This document shows positions 1 through 12,447 of a DNA stretch of 64,000 bases, piece by piece (within the stretch, counting starts at the first letter, position 1; every line of letters begins with the position of its first letter). A model generated the notes under the pieces. The model was not told the DNA's origin. It ran no database searches and saw nothing but the letters and a program-made list of their open reading frames with translations. This DNA is from Octopus sinensis (Eukaryota): positions 29,636,001 to 29,700,000 of the forward strand of contig NC_043002.1 of NCBI RefSeq assembly GCF_006345805.1, in the 5' to 3' direction. The position numbers and the translations under genes are program-made.

Positions 1-332
1 GGGTTAAGAGTGCGGATTACTAACTCCAAGATTCCGAGTTAGATTCTAAGCAGTGACCTGAACAAGAACAACAACAACAAGAACAACAACAACAACAACA
101 ATAATAATAATAATAATAACAACAACAACAACATCGAAAACTACCTTAGGAATGAAAACCCAGGTTCGAAATTTCCTCACCTTATAACAATGATAATACG
201 TATTTCTTTACGACCCACAAGGGGCTAAACACAGAGGGGAAACAATGATAATACGGTAATGTTGTCACTGCTGGAATATTACTGATCACATTTGTTCTTT
301 GTGCACTGCTTTTGAGCTTCGCAACAACACAA

Positions 333-375
<43 letters not shown>

Positions 376-378
376 TAC

Positions 379-422
<44 letters not shown>

Positions 423-864
423 TGGTATTCAAGGTGAGCTAAGGAAATATTCTACTCAGTACCACCAATTTGCTTGTCATTTGCTTGACTTTAACCTGTT
501 GAGAATGTCCCTTGGTGGCTGCATCTCTGATCACGAGCAGAAGTAGTGGGGGAACATCATAGCCATGTGCTGAGAAGAATTCTTTGGGGTTTGGATAATT
601 CACTTTTGGAAACATGGGTTTTGGTTCAACGTCCTTAAACAGCTATAATTCAGAGATATTTTAAGCGGGATAGAAGAAAATTCTATCTGGGCTCTACCTG
701 CAAGGTCATGCGCTGTTTATCTCGATAAGAGATCACTATGTCACGCACATATCATTGTGATGCATGTGTCAGGTGTACCCTTATCAGACGGATAGTCATG
801 ATGAGCGTACTGGGCTTCGTATATTTTACCTCAGTGTCACTTTTAATTGCATGTACTCTCACTC

Positions 865-865
<1 letters not shown>

Positions 866-932
<67 letters not shown>

Positions 933-973
933 TAATAATAATAATAATAATAAAACAATAATAATAATAATAA
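866..973. repeat. (AAT)n microsatellite
   Basis: Direct reading. Confidence 0.95.
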
Positions 974-1448
974 TGATGATGATACTATAAACGCAAAACT
1001 ATCCTTGAATGCGTCCACCCCATTTCGACTCATAAATGGCGATGAAGTATTATATGCATCGGAGTTTTATATTGTAATACAATATATGACAGACTTTCAT
1101 GTTTAACCTTATCAATAATATCATTTAGATTAATGAACTGATATCAATTCCATGCACCTTATCGCCGTTAATGAGTTAGAGTTTCGTACGTAATGAGATC
1201 ACACTGACAGACACAGAGACACAAACGCACAGCCATATATTTTGTTGTTAAATATTGGGTCATCTAGCAGATTTAGGATCAGTTCTCCACCTCTATGTAT
1301 GTATATATATATTATATATATATATATATATATATGCTTTTCTTTCTATCTTTCTCTCATTCCCTCTCTCTCTCTCTACACACACACATACATATACATA
1401 TAACATATACATATAACATATACATATATCAATCTCTCTCTTTCTCTC

Positions 1449-1487
<39 letters not shown>

Positions 1488-1544
1488 ATATATATATATA
1501 TATATATGCCTGTGAGTGTGTGTGTGTATTGGTTTGGGGTGGTT

Positions 1545-1680
1545 GTTCTGTGTACCAAATTCGTTCACTAGGCATTGGCTCTTCGGCCTGGGCTATAGTG
1601 GAAGGCACTTGCAGAAGGTGCTTCGCAGTGGAACCGAACCCAAAACCATGTGGCTGCAAAGCATGCTTCTTAACTACGTA
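1545..1680 (-). mobile_element. SINE 5' half (43028 family)
   Basis: accaaat...ggctatagtggaaggcacttgc..aaggtgc..cgcagtgg...gaaccc...accatgtgg. Confidence 0.65.
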
Positions 1681-2269
1681 TAAAGAAAAAGACAGATAGT
1701 GATGGAAACAAAGAATGAATGAAGGAAGGAAGGAAGGAAGGAAGGAAAGAAGGAAAGAAAAATAAAAGAATTGAAAAGAAAGGAAGAAGAGATTACATTG
1801 GCCGCGTGTGATCCGAGCGTTGAGGATTGTTCGTTGGTTCGATCTAATAATGTCGGTGGAGTACAGTGGCTTGGAATTTTGTAAATTAAGTCCAGAGATA
1901 TCTAATCTTTCAGTTTTTGTCTTCTCTCCCCATTATTAATGTCTTAATTACACGAATGTAAATAAATTGCAAGCGACATAATATCGAGAACAAGAAAAAA
2001 TTGGACATTTGTCAACGAACATTCAGCAAAAATAACAACAGAAACATCAGCAAAAACAATAACAATAACAACAACAACAACAATGACAACAACATTGGAA
2101 ACGCTAATACCACCAACAACATTAATAAAAATGGCGAGAACGATAATAGCATTGATGATTATAACATTACATTCCCTAATGTTTAACCCACCATCTTGTC
2201 ATTTTTTTTTCATTATTGCGTAATTTTGCCATAATGATCATCATACACATCAATATTCTTATCAGCGTT

Positions 2270-2309
2270 ATCGTCATCATCATTATCAGCATCATTGTCA
2301 TGGTGGTGA

Positions 2310-2341
<32 letters not shown>

Positions 2342-2640
2342 ATAGCTTTCACCGACGTCGTCGTCAACTTCAATCTTCGTCTCCATCGCCGTCGTCATCG
2401 TCGCAGTCGTCGTCTTCGACATCATCCTTTTCATCATCATCATCATCAGCAGCAGCAGCATCCTCATCATCATTAACACTCACACTACTACCACCATCAT
2501 CACCACCACCACCACCACCACCACCACCACCATCATCATCATTACCATCACCACCACCACCACCCGCATCATCATGATCATCGTCATCATAATTATCATC
2601 ATCATCATAATAATAATCATCATCATCATCATCTACATAA
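2270..2640. repeat. Compound trinucleotide tract (CAT/GTT/CGT/CAC)n
   Basis: Direct reading. Confidence 0.9.
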
Positions 2641-2964
2641 TGCATATATGACCTCTATCACAGACATCACTGATGCTATCTACCTGAATACTATTATGAA
2701 AGCAATCACCATTAACATCATTACATTTGACATAGTAATCTTTACTAAATTGTTATTACTAACTTTAGCATTAGTTTTCTTATCACAAATCTACCGATTA
2801 TCCCCACTAACATAGCCATCAATTTTCATAACAAGTACCAAAATCATAACACAAAATACAATCGTAATCTTCAATAATCATAGCAATCATGGGTAGCTGT
2901 GTAGTAAGAAGCTTGCTTTCCAGCCACATGGTTCCGGGTTATTTAGCATCAGAAAGAATAGGAC

Positions 2965-3120
2965 TTGTCTGGCCCTTTGAAATTACCAGTATAACTCATT
3001 TTTGCCAGCCAAGTTGATTGAAACAACGTGAAATAAAGTATCTTGGTCAAGAACACAATGCGATGCGCTGCCGTGAATCGAACTCACGACTTTACGATTG
3101 TGAGCCGAATACCTTGACCA
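2965..3120 (-). mobile_element. SINE 5' fragment (41392 type)
   Basis: caacgtgaaataaagt.tcttg.tcaagaacacaa...gaatcgaactcacgac.ttacgat. Confidence 0.65.
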
Positions 3121-4967
3121 ATATATTCGCTCCATTTTTTATTTTCTTTCTTCTTGCTGTTCCTTTCTTTCAAGCTCTTCTACCCTTTCTCTCGTGTATT
3201 TCTATAATGTTGTTCGTTGTCATATTGGTTCCATTGCTTCCTTGTTGTTTCTGTTAGTTTTAATATAATTATTATTCTTTTAGTTGTTGTTATTGTTGTT
3301 GTCATCATCCCTGCTGCAGCTACAGTTGTTTCCGTTGCTGTTGTAGCTGTTGTTGTGGTGGTTGTGGTTGTTGTTGTTATATGCTAATGATAATCATAAC
3401 TGATGTTTCCTTTTTAGTTGCTCTTGTAGGATTACTCGGTGAACCGGAAAATAAAAGTATATTCATTCCAGAAAACAAAGTACAAAATAACAAGTATAAA
3501 TACGGGCCAGAATGGTTCTGTGTAGATGGCCACTCAGTTCTCTAGAAATGGCAACCAAATTTACCTCGGATCATACTCTACTGTCATGAAAAAGGAAGGA
3601 CTCTTTTGATAAGGCAGTTACCTTTTTATCGAACTGTCCGAATAACAACGATTTGAACGGAGTAATCCAATGATAAATAACAAAAACTACAATAAACTGT
3701 AGATGTATCACTGCGCAGGGTAACATATATACATACATAAAGAAATTTATTCCGTATATACACAGGATACACAGACACACATACATGCACACATACACAT
3801 ATATATGAGGTGAGTTTGGAGGGATATATTTTCTGATCGGATACCATGATAACTCAGTTATGTTCCAGTTTACGGCTAACCACATCGATCTAGGTGTCTA
3901 CTTATCTTTCGATGTATGCATCAGTCGACTCTGAAAAATACTGATAAATATTTAAAAACACAAGACGAACGCCACCTCCCCTTCTGTCACAACTCATTGT
4001 CTCTCTCACTTTCTGTTTTTCTCACATCCTCTCTGTCCCTCCCTACTCTCCCGCTTTACCACTAATTTCAACTATACCACCACTGCTTAACACTTTTTAG
4101 TTCTCTCTCACTTTGACCTTCTCATTCTGACTTTCTCTCTCATTCTGACGTTTTCTCTCACTTCGTCTCTGTCCAGCCTCTCTCTACCGCTTTGCCACTC
4201 AGTTCAGTTATACCTTTTCTGCTTAACACCTTTTCTCTCTTTCTTTGCACCTCTCCATTCAACCTTTTTACCTCTTAATTTGAAGTAAGTGTGACACGCA
4301 CCGAAGGTACGTACAAATGAGTTAGCGAATTGGTAATTCTTAAAAATTAATTTTACCGATATGATGGCTTTTTATACGTTGCAATTGATATGGTATGTAT
4401 ATGTATTTTTTTATTATATATTGGCGGTGTGCCTCTACTGAATAGTGTAAAGTAATTTTATTACAGAACAAGGAATCTTAAGTTATAGGGTTATCCGAAA
4501 TTTTGTAAATGTTACCCATTATGTCGCATTCGGCTTTCTGTTGTGATGAAATAAAGAACAAATTTAGGGTGGCTTGTAGACATTTGACATCTAGTTCTAG
4601 CGTATAGGCGTTGGTAATCCAGCGCCTTTAATTATATTTATATTTTTATAATTATATACAAATATACATATATATATATATATATATATAATATATATAT
4701 ATATATATGTATATATGTATATATATATATGTATATATGTATGTATATATATATACTTATTTATATATGCATATATATATATGCATGAATATATATACAT
4801 CCATGTATATACATATATGGCAGTGTGCTTACACATGTTTATGCACATAATATATATATCTATCTATCTCTCTCTATATATATATACATATATATATATA
4901 TTACATATATATATATATATATTCAAATATGTATATATATTCATATATGTGTGTATATTACATACAT

Positions 4968-5013
<46 letters not shown>

Positions 5014-5488
5014 TATAAATATAAAATTCTAAGTAATCCTTAGGGTAACTAGTAAGTGGGTTTGTACTTCAGAATTATCAGAATCTTGGAGAACGGAAGA
5101 CAGTTTTATGTTACTTAAAAATATATTCTTATTTGTCATTGGGTGTTGCCTGAAATTAAATAGTGACAAACACTAATAACCTACATAAATATGTATACAC
5201 AAACACAGATATCTGTGTATATGCACATATATATATATTTGGGGATGCGTGTTATGAAACGGTGTGTACGTGCGTGTTTGTATACATATGAGTTATATAT
5301 TTATGGTGTGAAATGAGTGATGAATGGAGTAGCTAATTTATACTTTGTCAGCCGCTGTAATGAAAAAAATATGCGTTTTCCTGATAGATGTGTGCAGGCA
5401 TGTGTTTGTATATATATATGTAATCGTAGTATCTGTGCATGCATGCCTCCATACTATTTTATATGGATTATAAATCTGTATACGTGGT

Positions 5489-5625
<137 letters not shown>

Positions 5626-5911
5626 GTATATATATATATATTACGGAGATGTATTCGCATAGCAAGTGACCTGATCTGTGATTGTGTGCTGGAACGAAAA
5701 CGATTGCAGCGTGGAAGGTGTTTATAAGCCATTTAAGAAACACACGAAATCCGTTAGATTCACTTCAACATTTAAATTTAATTTGCCAAAATATTTTCTT
5801 CGCTTTGAGACCGCAACCTGTTCACTGACAAAAGTCCATGCTATATATATATATATATGTATAGTGAGAGAGAAAATGAGAGAAAGAGAGAGAGAGGGGA
5901 GAATGATATAT

Positions 5912-6189
5912 ATGGTTAATCTACCGCATTGCAATAATCTAAAGAAATCCGATTATTGAACGAGAAATTTTGGCCTAAAATTTACTGAACCCCCAAATTT
6001 CCAGGATGTGGGATGACTTTCAAATAATATGATATCTTGCACATTGCAAATGTGAAAATATATTTGGACGCTTATTTGGAAATCATCCCACATCTTGGAA
6101 TTATGGGGGTGGTCAGTATATTTTTTGCCGAAATTTCTCGTTCAATAATCGGTATTCTTTAGATTATTGCAAAGCGGTGAATTAAGCAT
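5912..6189. mobile_element. Foldback/MITE-like element with ~110-bp imperfect inverted arms
   Basis: Left arm ttaatctaccgcattgcaataatctaaagaaatccgattattgaacgagaaattt... pairs with right arm ...aaatttctcgttcaataatcggtattctttagattattgcaaagcggtgaattaa; ~45-bp spacer. Confidence 0.75.
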
Positions 6190-7831
6190 GCTGGTTGGAA
6201 TTCATGGAATATCCCAGAATCTTATGAACAAGATTTTATATAGTTTTTTTTCATTGAACCATATTGGAAATTTCCCTTTAAATTAACTAATTTTAAAATC
6301 ATATTTTTATAATATTAGTTTTTTTCATAATCTAGATTATCTTTTGTCGGTATTCTCTTTTGCACCAATGTGCTGGTGTATCTTAAACAACATAGTTATC
6401 GTCTTGTAGCGAAAGACAACAGGAGGAAAATGTTTCGAGATTCATGGGGAATCGTCTGAGAATTTTGGGAATTTTTGAAACTTTTTGGTATTTTTTTGCA
6501 TTGTCGCAAAAACTTCTTTCTCGAGGTTTTTTAAAAGTTCTTTGAAGTTTATATAATCTACTAAAATCTCACCCTTTCACACTGTCTCTTTTTTTCCATT
6601 TTTTCGTTTTATTTTCCATTTTCTCTATTGATCCTGCTTCCTTTTCTCCTGTTTATGTTCCTAAGTGTTTTTGACTTCTATCGTGTCCCCTGTTCCTAAG
6701 CGTTTTTGACTCCTATTGTGTCTCCTGTTTTATTCAGATACAATACTTCACTCTCATCTTTCACCTTCCTAACCTCTCCTAATAACATCGTTACCTGTTG
6801 TCTTTCTTTCTGTACTACATCATACTTGTACATGAATAGTTCTATACACTTTGAGTATAACTGTCCCAATGAGCCTGGAAAAGAACATGCGCATTGCCAA
6901 GCCTCATGACTAAAAAATCAAAACAATTTAATTGCATATGTATTGGTTTAGTTTTAAATGAATGGTCCCAAAGGAAATAACAATGAATATGATAAGAAAT
7001 GAGGTGCAGTTTTCAACTGTGAGCGAAATGAAGGATAAATGCAAATATTTACAAAGCTATCAGCTCATGGATAAGTTAGTCCAAATAAATATATAAGCAT
7101 TGATAGATTCCCTTCTCAGAAGATATTTAAAGAAGATTTTCTGAATTACTTATACGTGCGAGCACACACACACACACAAATTAACATAATATCTTCGAAA
7201 TGGTCCTCGTGTATGGCTGTAAACTAGACATTAGACTTAACCGTAGCTCATTAGCATCATCACCATGGTCATCATCGTCATCATCATCAACATCATCTTG
7301 ACCATCATTACGATTATTATCATCGTCATCATCATCAACATCACCACCACCACCACACCACCACCACCACCACCACCACCACCACCAGTGCATATTACTT
7401 TTCAAACACACACACACACACACCAGCAAATAAATTCATGTATGTAACTTTTACTTGTTTCAATCGTTAGACTGCAACCACGCTAAGACGCGTTTTTGAA
7501 GATTTTCGTCGAACAAAACAGCTTTTATTATGGTGTCCTCATCTTGATTTCTGTTTTCACTATATTTTTCGCCCATGTATGATCCAGCCTTGTTATTCGC
7601 CTTAGTGCCTTGCCTTGGATTGAACTCAGGACCTCTAAGAATGTGCGCTAGATTAACCAGTGCCTTTATGCCCGTAGTCAGTGACAAGATAGAATTCAAA
7701 AGGCTTATAAACCTCCATCGATACTTTATGTCGCTTCCTTACAGAATGGATAATGCAATTCCTTATTTCTGGGATACGAAAATTAAAATTATGTAGTAGT
7801 CTGAGTGGCGCCCTCACCTATGTTGTTCCTT

Positions 7832-7874
7832 TCACTACGTTTCGGTTGTGTATGCCCCAGCTTTCTTCGGGTGA
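7832..7874 (-). ncRNA. Decayed minimal hammerhead-like motif
   Basis: Minus strand reads TCAC-CCGAAGA-A-AGCTG...CAACC-GAAA-C-GTA-GTGA: perfect stem I TCAC/GTGA, U4 changed to C, two mismatches in stem II. Confidence 0.4.
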
Positions 7875-8750
7875 TTGTGATTTATTTCAGGGTCCTGCTT
7901 GGGACTTAACTACGGTTAATACATAATATAAAATTCCTCATCTCAGAAATATATAATCACAAAATTATGCTTTCTTTTTGCTTTCTTTTTCGTTTTCTTT
8001 TTTCTTTTGTAGTCCCAAGTCTGGTACTTACTCAGCCGGGTGCTTCGGTTGAACCGCTAATTTACTCTTACAGAGCAAAACGAAACCGATCGTCGAGCGA
8101 TGTGGTGGAGAAAAAGACCCACAAATACACACGAATATAGAAACTGTTAACGGTAATGCAAATTGTTAGCTTCAGATCTCTGCTGCAACAAAAATTGTTG
8201 GGAATAAAAATAGATAGGCTGCGCGTTCCTCTGGGATTAGTGAAAAGGCTGAAGACCTCGGATGACAACTCAGTAAGGTTTAAAAATTTATTAAGGTTTA
8301 TCATCGTTTTTTTCTCAATATACGCAGCAATAGCTGAATTAGTCCTGTTTATAAATCTATTACATAGGTTTTATACACACACACACACACCAAATGGTTG
8401 TGTTATAAAATTATTCCGCAGATAGAATAACGGCCATATCAACGATTCCACATACTCCCATCATCAGCCGCCCCACATATATCACTATGGTTTCGACACC
8501 TGCGCAGTACTATTCAACCCGGTAGTATCAGCAACATTAAAATAAGTGCTGTTTCGGTACAAACATACATTACATATCACCACATTCATTCAATCTTAAT
8601 TCTAGGATGGATTAAGCACTAACATTTTTTATTAAAGTACAACAAAGAAACACATTTACCCTGTTTGCAAAAACAGTATCGGTTAATAAATGGAATAAGT
8701 AAACCTATAACTAACTCCTAAATCATCTAACAAAATAGCAACTTAGTCCT

Positions 8751-8784
<34 letters not shown>

Positions 8785-8786
8785 AT

Positions 8787-8825
<39 letters not shown>

Positions 8826-9214
8826 AACACGATAAGGTGCTAAAAATTTCCTAGTTTTAAGGCTATGGCAAAAGACCCGGTTGAAGGCCCAAACTTCCTA
8901 GTTATTTTACAGGGCTTCGAAAAACTGGAGAACTGCTGTAATAAGTGTGCGAAGCTTAGGTGGGAATATTTTGAAAGAAAATCCTGATCAACTGCTCTTC
9001 CTGAATTTTCTTTTGCCCAAAGCCAGGAACTTTTCAGCACCCTTCTACACACACACACTAGAATACATTTGCCAGAGGTAGCGCTATTGGGACTGAACAG
9101 GAAACTATGTTTCTCTAAAGCGACCTTCTTGGCAACACAGTCATGCCTGTGCATACATACATACAGACACACACACAAACACACACATACACGTATGTAT
9201 ACATATATATATAT

Positions 9215-9268
<54 letters not shown>

Positions 9269-10042
9269 GTGTGTATGTATCTATATACATATGTGTGTGT
9301 GAGTGTGTCGTATTTCACACCCAATAGATAAATAAACTAAAAGTTAAAAAAATAAAAATTTCGTCCAGTAGCCCAACCGAAGGGACAAACTCCGTAGACT
9401 ATAAAACATGTGAAGCGAAATTAGATTTAAAGAGATAACTATTCCGACTCACTAACCTATAAACAACAGGCTCCTGTCAGTTTTAGCCAAATATGATGCA
9501 CTTACAAATTAAAAATCTCTGGAAGGAACTATGGCGGTTTCTCTCCACATTACAGTGACTATTAACCTTGTGGAATCAGACTTAATCTCCATAAATAAAT
9601 AATTGAATAAATACAGACATAAATAAATATAGAGAGAAATAAATAAGAAGCTTGAATAAAGAATTGGTTAAAATTGCTTTTTAGATGGAATGGAGAAGTT
9701 TCTTGAAACAATTTAAGGTTAATTTTGCCCTAGTGTATGCTATAAATAACATAATTTCTCTGGTTAAGCGAAAAACGGACTGGCTTGTTATAAACACTGC
9801 TCGATTAGCTTGTATTAAGCAGGCAGCAGACCGTGCAAGATTTAAGATGTATAACGACTTCTGATAAATAAAGATACCATACAAACAAACGATGGCACGA
9901 TTAAAAGAACATTAAAAATAAGATATACATATAGATAGATAGATAGATATACCGTATACACACACGCAGGCACTCTCTCATACACATGCGCGTACATATG
10001 TAAATTTGTATATAGTATATACGTGTGTATATATATGTACAT

Positions 10043-10081
<39 letters not shown>

Positions 10082-10358
10082 TTGAATCTTTCTATGTATA
10101 TATCTATGTGTAATTGATATAAAATATGATAAAGTACTATCAAAGATGTGATAAAAAGCAAAAAAAAAACATTGCAGTTTTGTCAGTAATGTCCGATAGT
10201 TGTAAGTGTTCAAGTGTTTCTCACGCACACTTGTGAATACACGCGCGCGTATGTATAAATACATACAAACATGGATATACGTATGTGCCTGTCTGTCTAT
10301 CTATCTATCGATCTATCTAACCATCTATCTATCCCCCTCTGTCTCTCTCTCCCTCTCC

Positions 10359-10411
<53 letters not shown>

Positions 10412-10837
10412 AAATATAAAGTTGTATCTTGAGTGACAACAACACTCAAGATATATAACGGACTGGAAATAGAAGTGCTCCAATGAGCTGTATACACTTT
10501 TTTATCCAAGGGGAGGCAATAGGAGCAACAACCACAGGAACACCACAAAATCCAAAGATAGACCAAACACATGCAAATCTTATATACTAGTTTATATCTA
10601 TTCAGTCCGACATATCAGAAATTTAAAAATTCAGTAATATATAAGTATCATATACAAGTAAAAATATAAATACAAATACAAATATAAATATAAATTTTGC
10701 ATATAACACGCTTAAAACTGTTAGAAAAAGAGGAATAAATATAGTGATACTATAAAAATATAGCATATCAAGACACAAGTAAAATTCCGGCGAACAGTAC
10801 ATAAAAAATAATATACATAGAAGCTTACAAAAATATA

Positions 10838-10931
10838 ATCTACGGGCCGTTTCGGGGATGTGCCAATCAATACTAGACATATCAGTACTTAAAATAGTAC
10901 TTAAAATTGGCACACCCCCCCTCGTCAGGAT
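10838..10931 (-). ncRNA. Type I hammerhead ribozyme (canonical core, long stem II), probably from a Penelope-like terminal repeat
   Basis: Minus strand reads ATC-CTGACGA-GGGGGGGTGTGCCAAT...ATTGGCACATCCCC-GAAA-CGGCCCG-TA-GAT. Core CUGANGA and GAAA are intact; stem I ATC/GAT, stem II ~14 bp, stem III closing a GCC loop, GUA cleavage triplet. Confidence 0.75.
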
Positions 10932-11276
10932 GTCCTATACAACACATATAAAACATGAACAAATACTCAAATACATAGTCACATACCGGCCATTCTCAGA
11001 ACACGATATTTACGTAATTCCAAAAAAAATTTAAGTCGATCCATACACACTCTTTCGTCCCCAGGAGCGAACCACTAAGGATGCAACAGCAGGAACGAAA
11101 GAAACTTCGGCTGGTATTCACTTTCTGTTTTGTACACTAGAACAACATGATGTAACATACTTTTCACACGGACGAAACGCGTCATTCGAACCAGAAACTA
11201 GACCTTGTGATCGCGTGCCCAACATCCTTTTAACCATCTAGATATTTTTTTGTGAATATCATAACAACTGAATTTA

Positions 11277-12102
11277 CGGACTCTTTTGGCACCCTCTTTG
11301 ATCTCTTTCGGGACCTTCTTTGATCTCTATCGGCACCCTCTTTGATCCCTTTCGGCACCCTCTTTGATCACTTTCCGCTTCCTCTCTCATCTCTTTCAGG
11401 GCTCCTCTTTGATCTCTTTCGGCATCCTCTTTGATCTCTTTTGGGACTTTGATCTCTTTCGGCACCTTCTTTGATCTCTTTCGGCTCCCTTTTTGATCTC
11501 TTTCGGGACACCTCTTTGATCTCTTTCGGCACCTTCTTTGATCTCTTTCGGCACCCTCTTTGATCCCTTTCGCAACACTCTTTGATCTCTTTCGGGACTC
11601 CTCTTTAATTTATTCCGGCACACTCTTTGATCTCTTTCGGGACTCCTCTTTGATATCTTTCGGCACCCTCTTTGATCTCTTTCGGGACCCACTTTGATCT
11701 ATTTCGGCACCCTCTTTGATCTCTTTCGGGACTCCTCTTTGATCCCTTTCGGCAACCTCTATGATCTCTTTCGGGACCCACTTTGATCTATTTCGGCACC
11801 CTCTTTGAGCTCTTTCGGGACTCATCTTTGATCTCTTTCGGTACCCTCTTTGATCTCTTTCGGCACCCTCTTTGATCTCTTTCGGCACCTTCTTTGATCC
11901 CTTTCGGCACCCTCTTTGATTTCTTTCGGCACCCTCTTTGATCTATTTTCGGCACCCTCTTTGATCTCTTTCGGGACCCACTTTGATCTCTTTTGGCACC
12001 CTCTTTGATCTCTTTTGGCACCCTCTTTGATCTCTTTCGGGACTCCTCTTTGATCTCTTTCGGCACCCTCTTTGATCTCTTTCGGGACCCACTTTGATCT
12101 CT
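11277..12102. repeat. Tandem satellite with 22/23-bp units (roughly 37 copies)
   Basis: Interspersed units TTTGATCTCTTTCGGCACCCTC, TTTGATCTCTTTCGGGACTCCTC and TTTGATCTCTTTCGGGACCCAC. Confidence 0.95.
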
Positions 12103-12447
12103 TTAGGGTTAGGGTTAGGGTTAGGGTCCGGGTTAGGGTAGGGTCAGGGTTAGGGTTAGGGTTAGGGTTCGGGTTCGTATTCGAGGTCGGGTTCGGTTTC
12201 GGGTTTGGTTGCGGCTTCGGCTTCGGCTTCAGGTTCGGGTTCAGGTTCGGTTCGGGTTCGGATTCGGGTTCGGGTTCGAGTTCGACTTTGGGTTCGGGTT
12301 CGGGTTCGGGTTCGGCTTCGGCTTCGGTTTCGGGTTCGGGTTCGGATTCAGCTTCGGTTTCGGCTCCGGCTTCGGGTTCGGGTTCGGGTTCGGGTTAGGG
12401 TTCGGGTTCGGCTCCGGCTCCGGCTTCGGCTTCGGCTTCTTCGGCTT
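12103..12447 (+). repeat. Interstitial telomeric array: (TTAGGG)n grading into TTCGGG/TTCGGC variants
   Basis: Four consecutive TTAGGG at 12103-12126, more TTAGGG to ~12167, then a hexamer-phased TTCGGG/TTCGGC/TTCAGG tract. Confidence 0.9.

Noticed and set aside
4277-4320. Hammerhead-like ATTTG...CGAAGGTACGTA-CAAAT
   Set aside because: Lacks both CUGANGA and GAAA.
11274-12066. Repetitive [14 protein letters not shown] ORFs, and CRISPR-like appearance of the array
   Set aside because: The 22/23-bp units shift frame constantly and there are no unique spacers or cas genes; this is a satellite.
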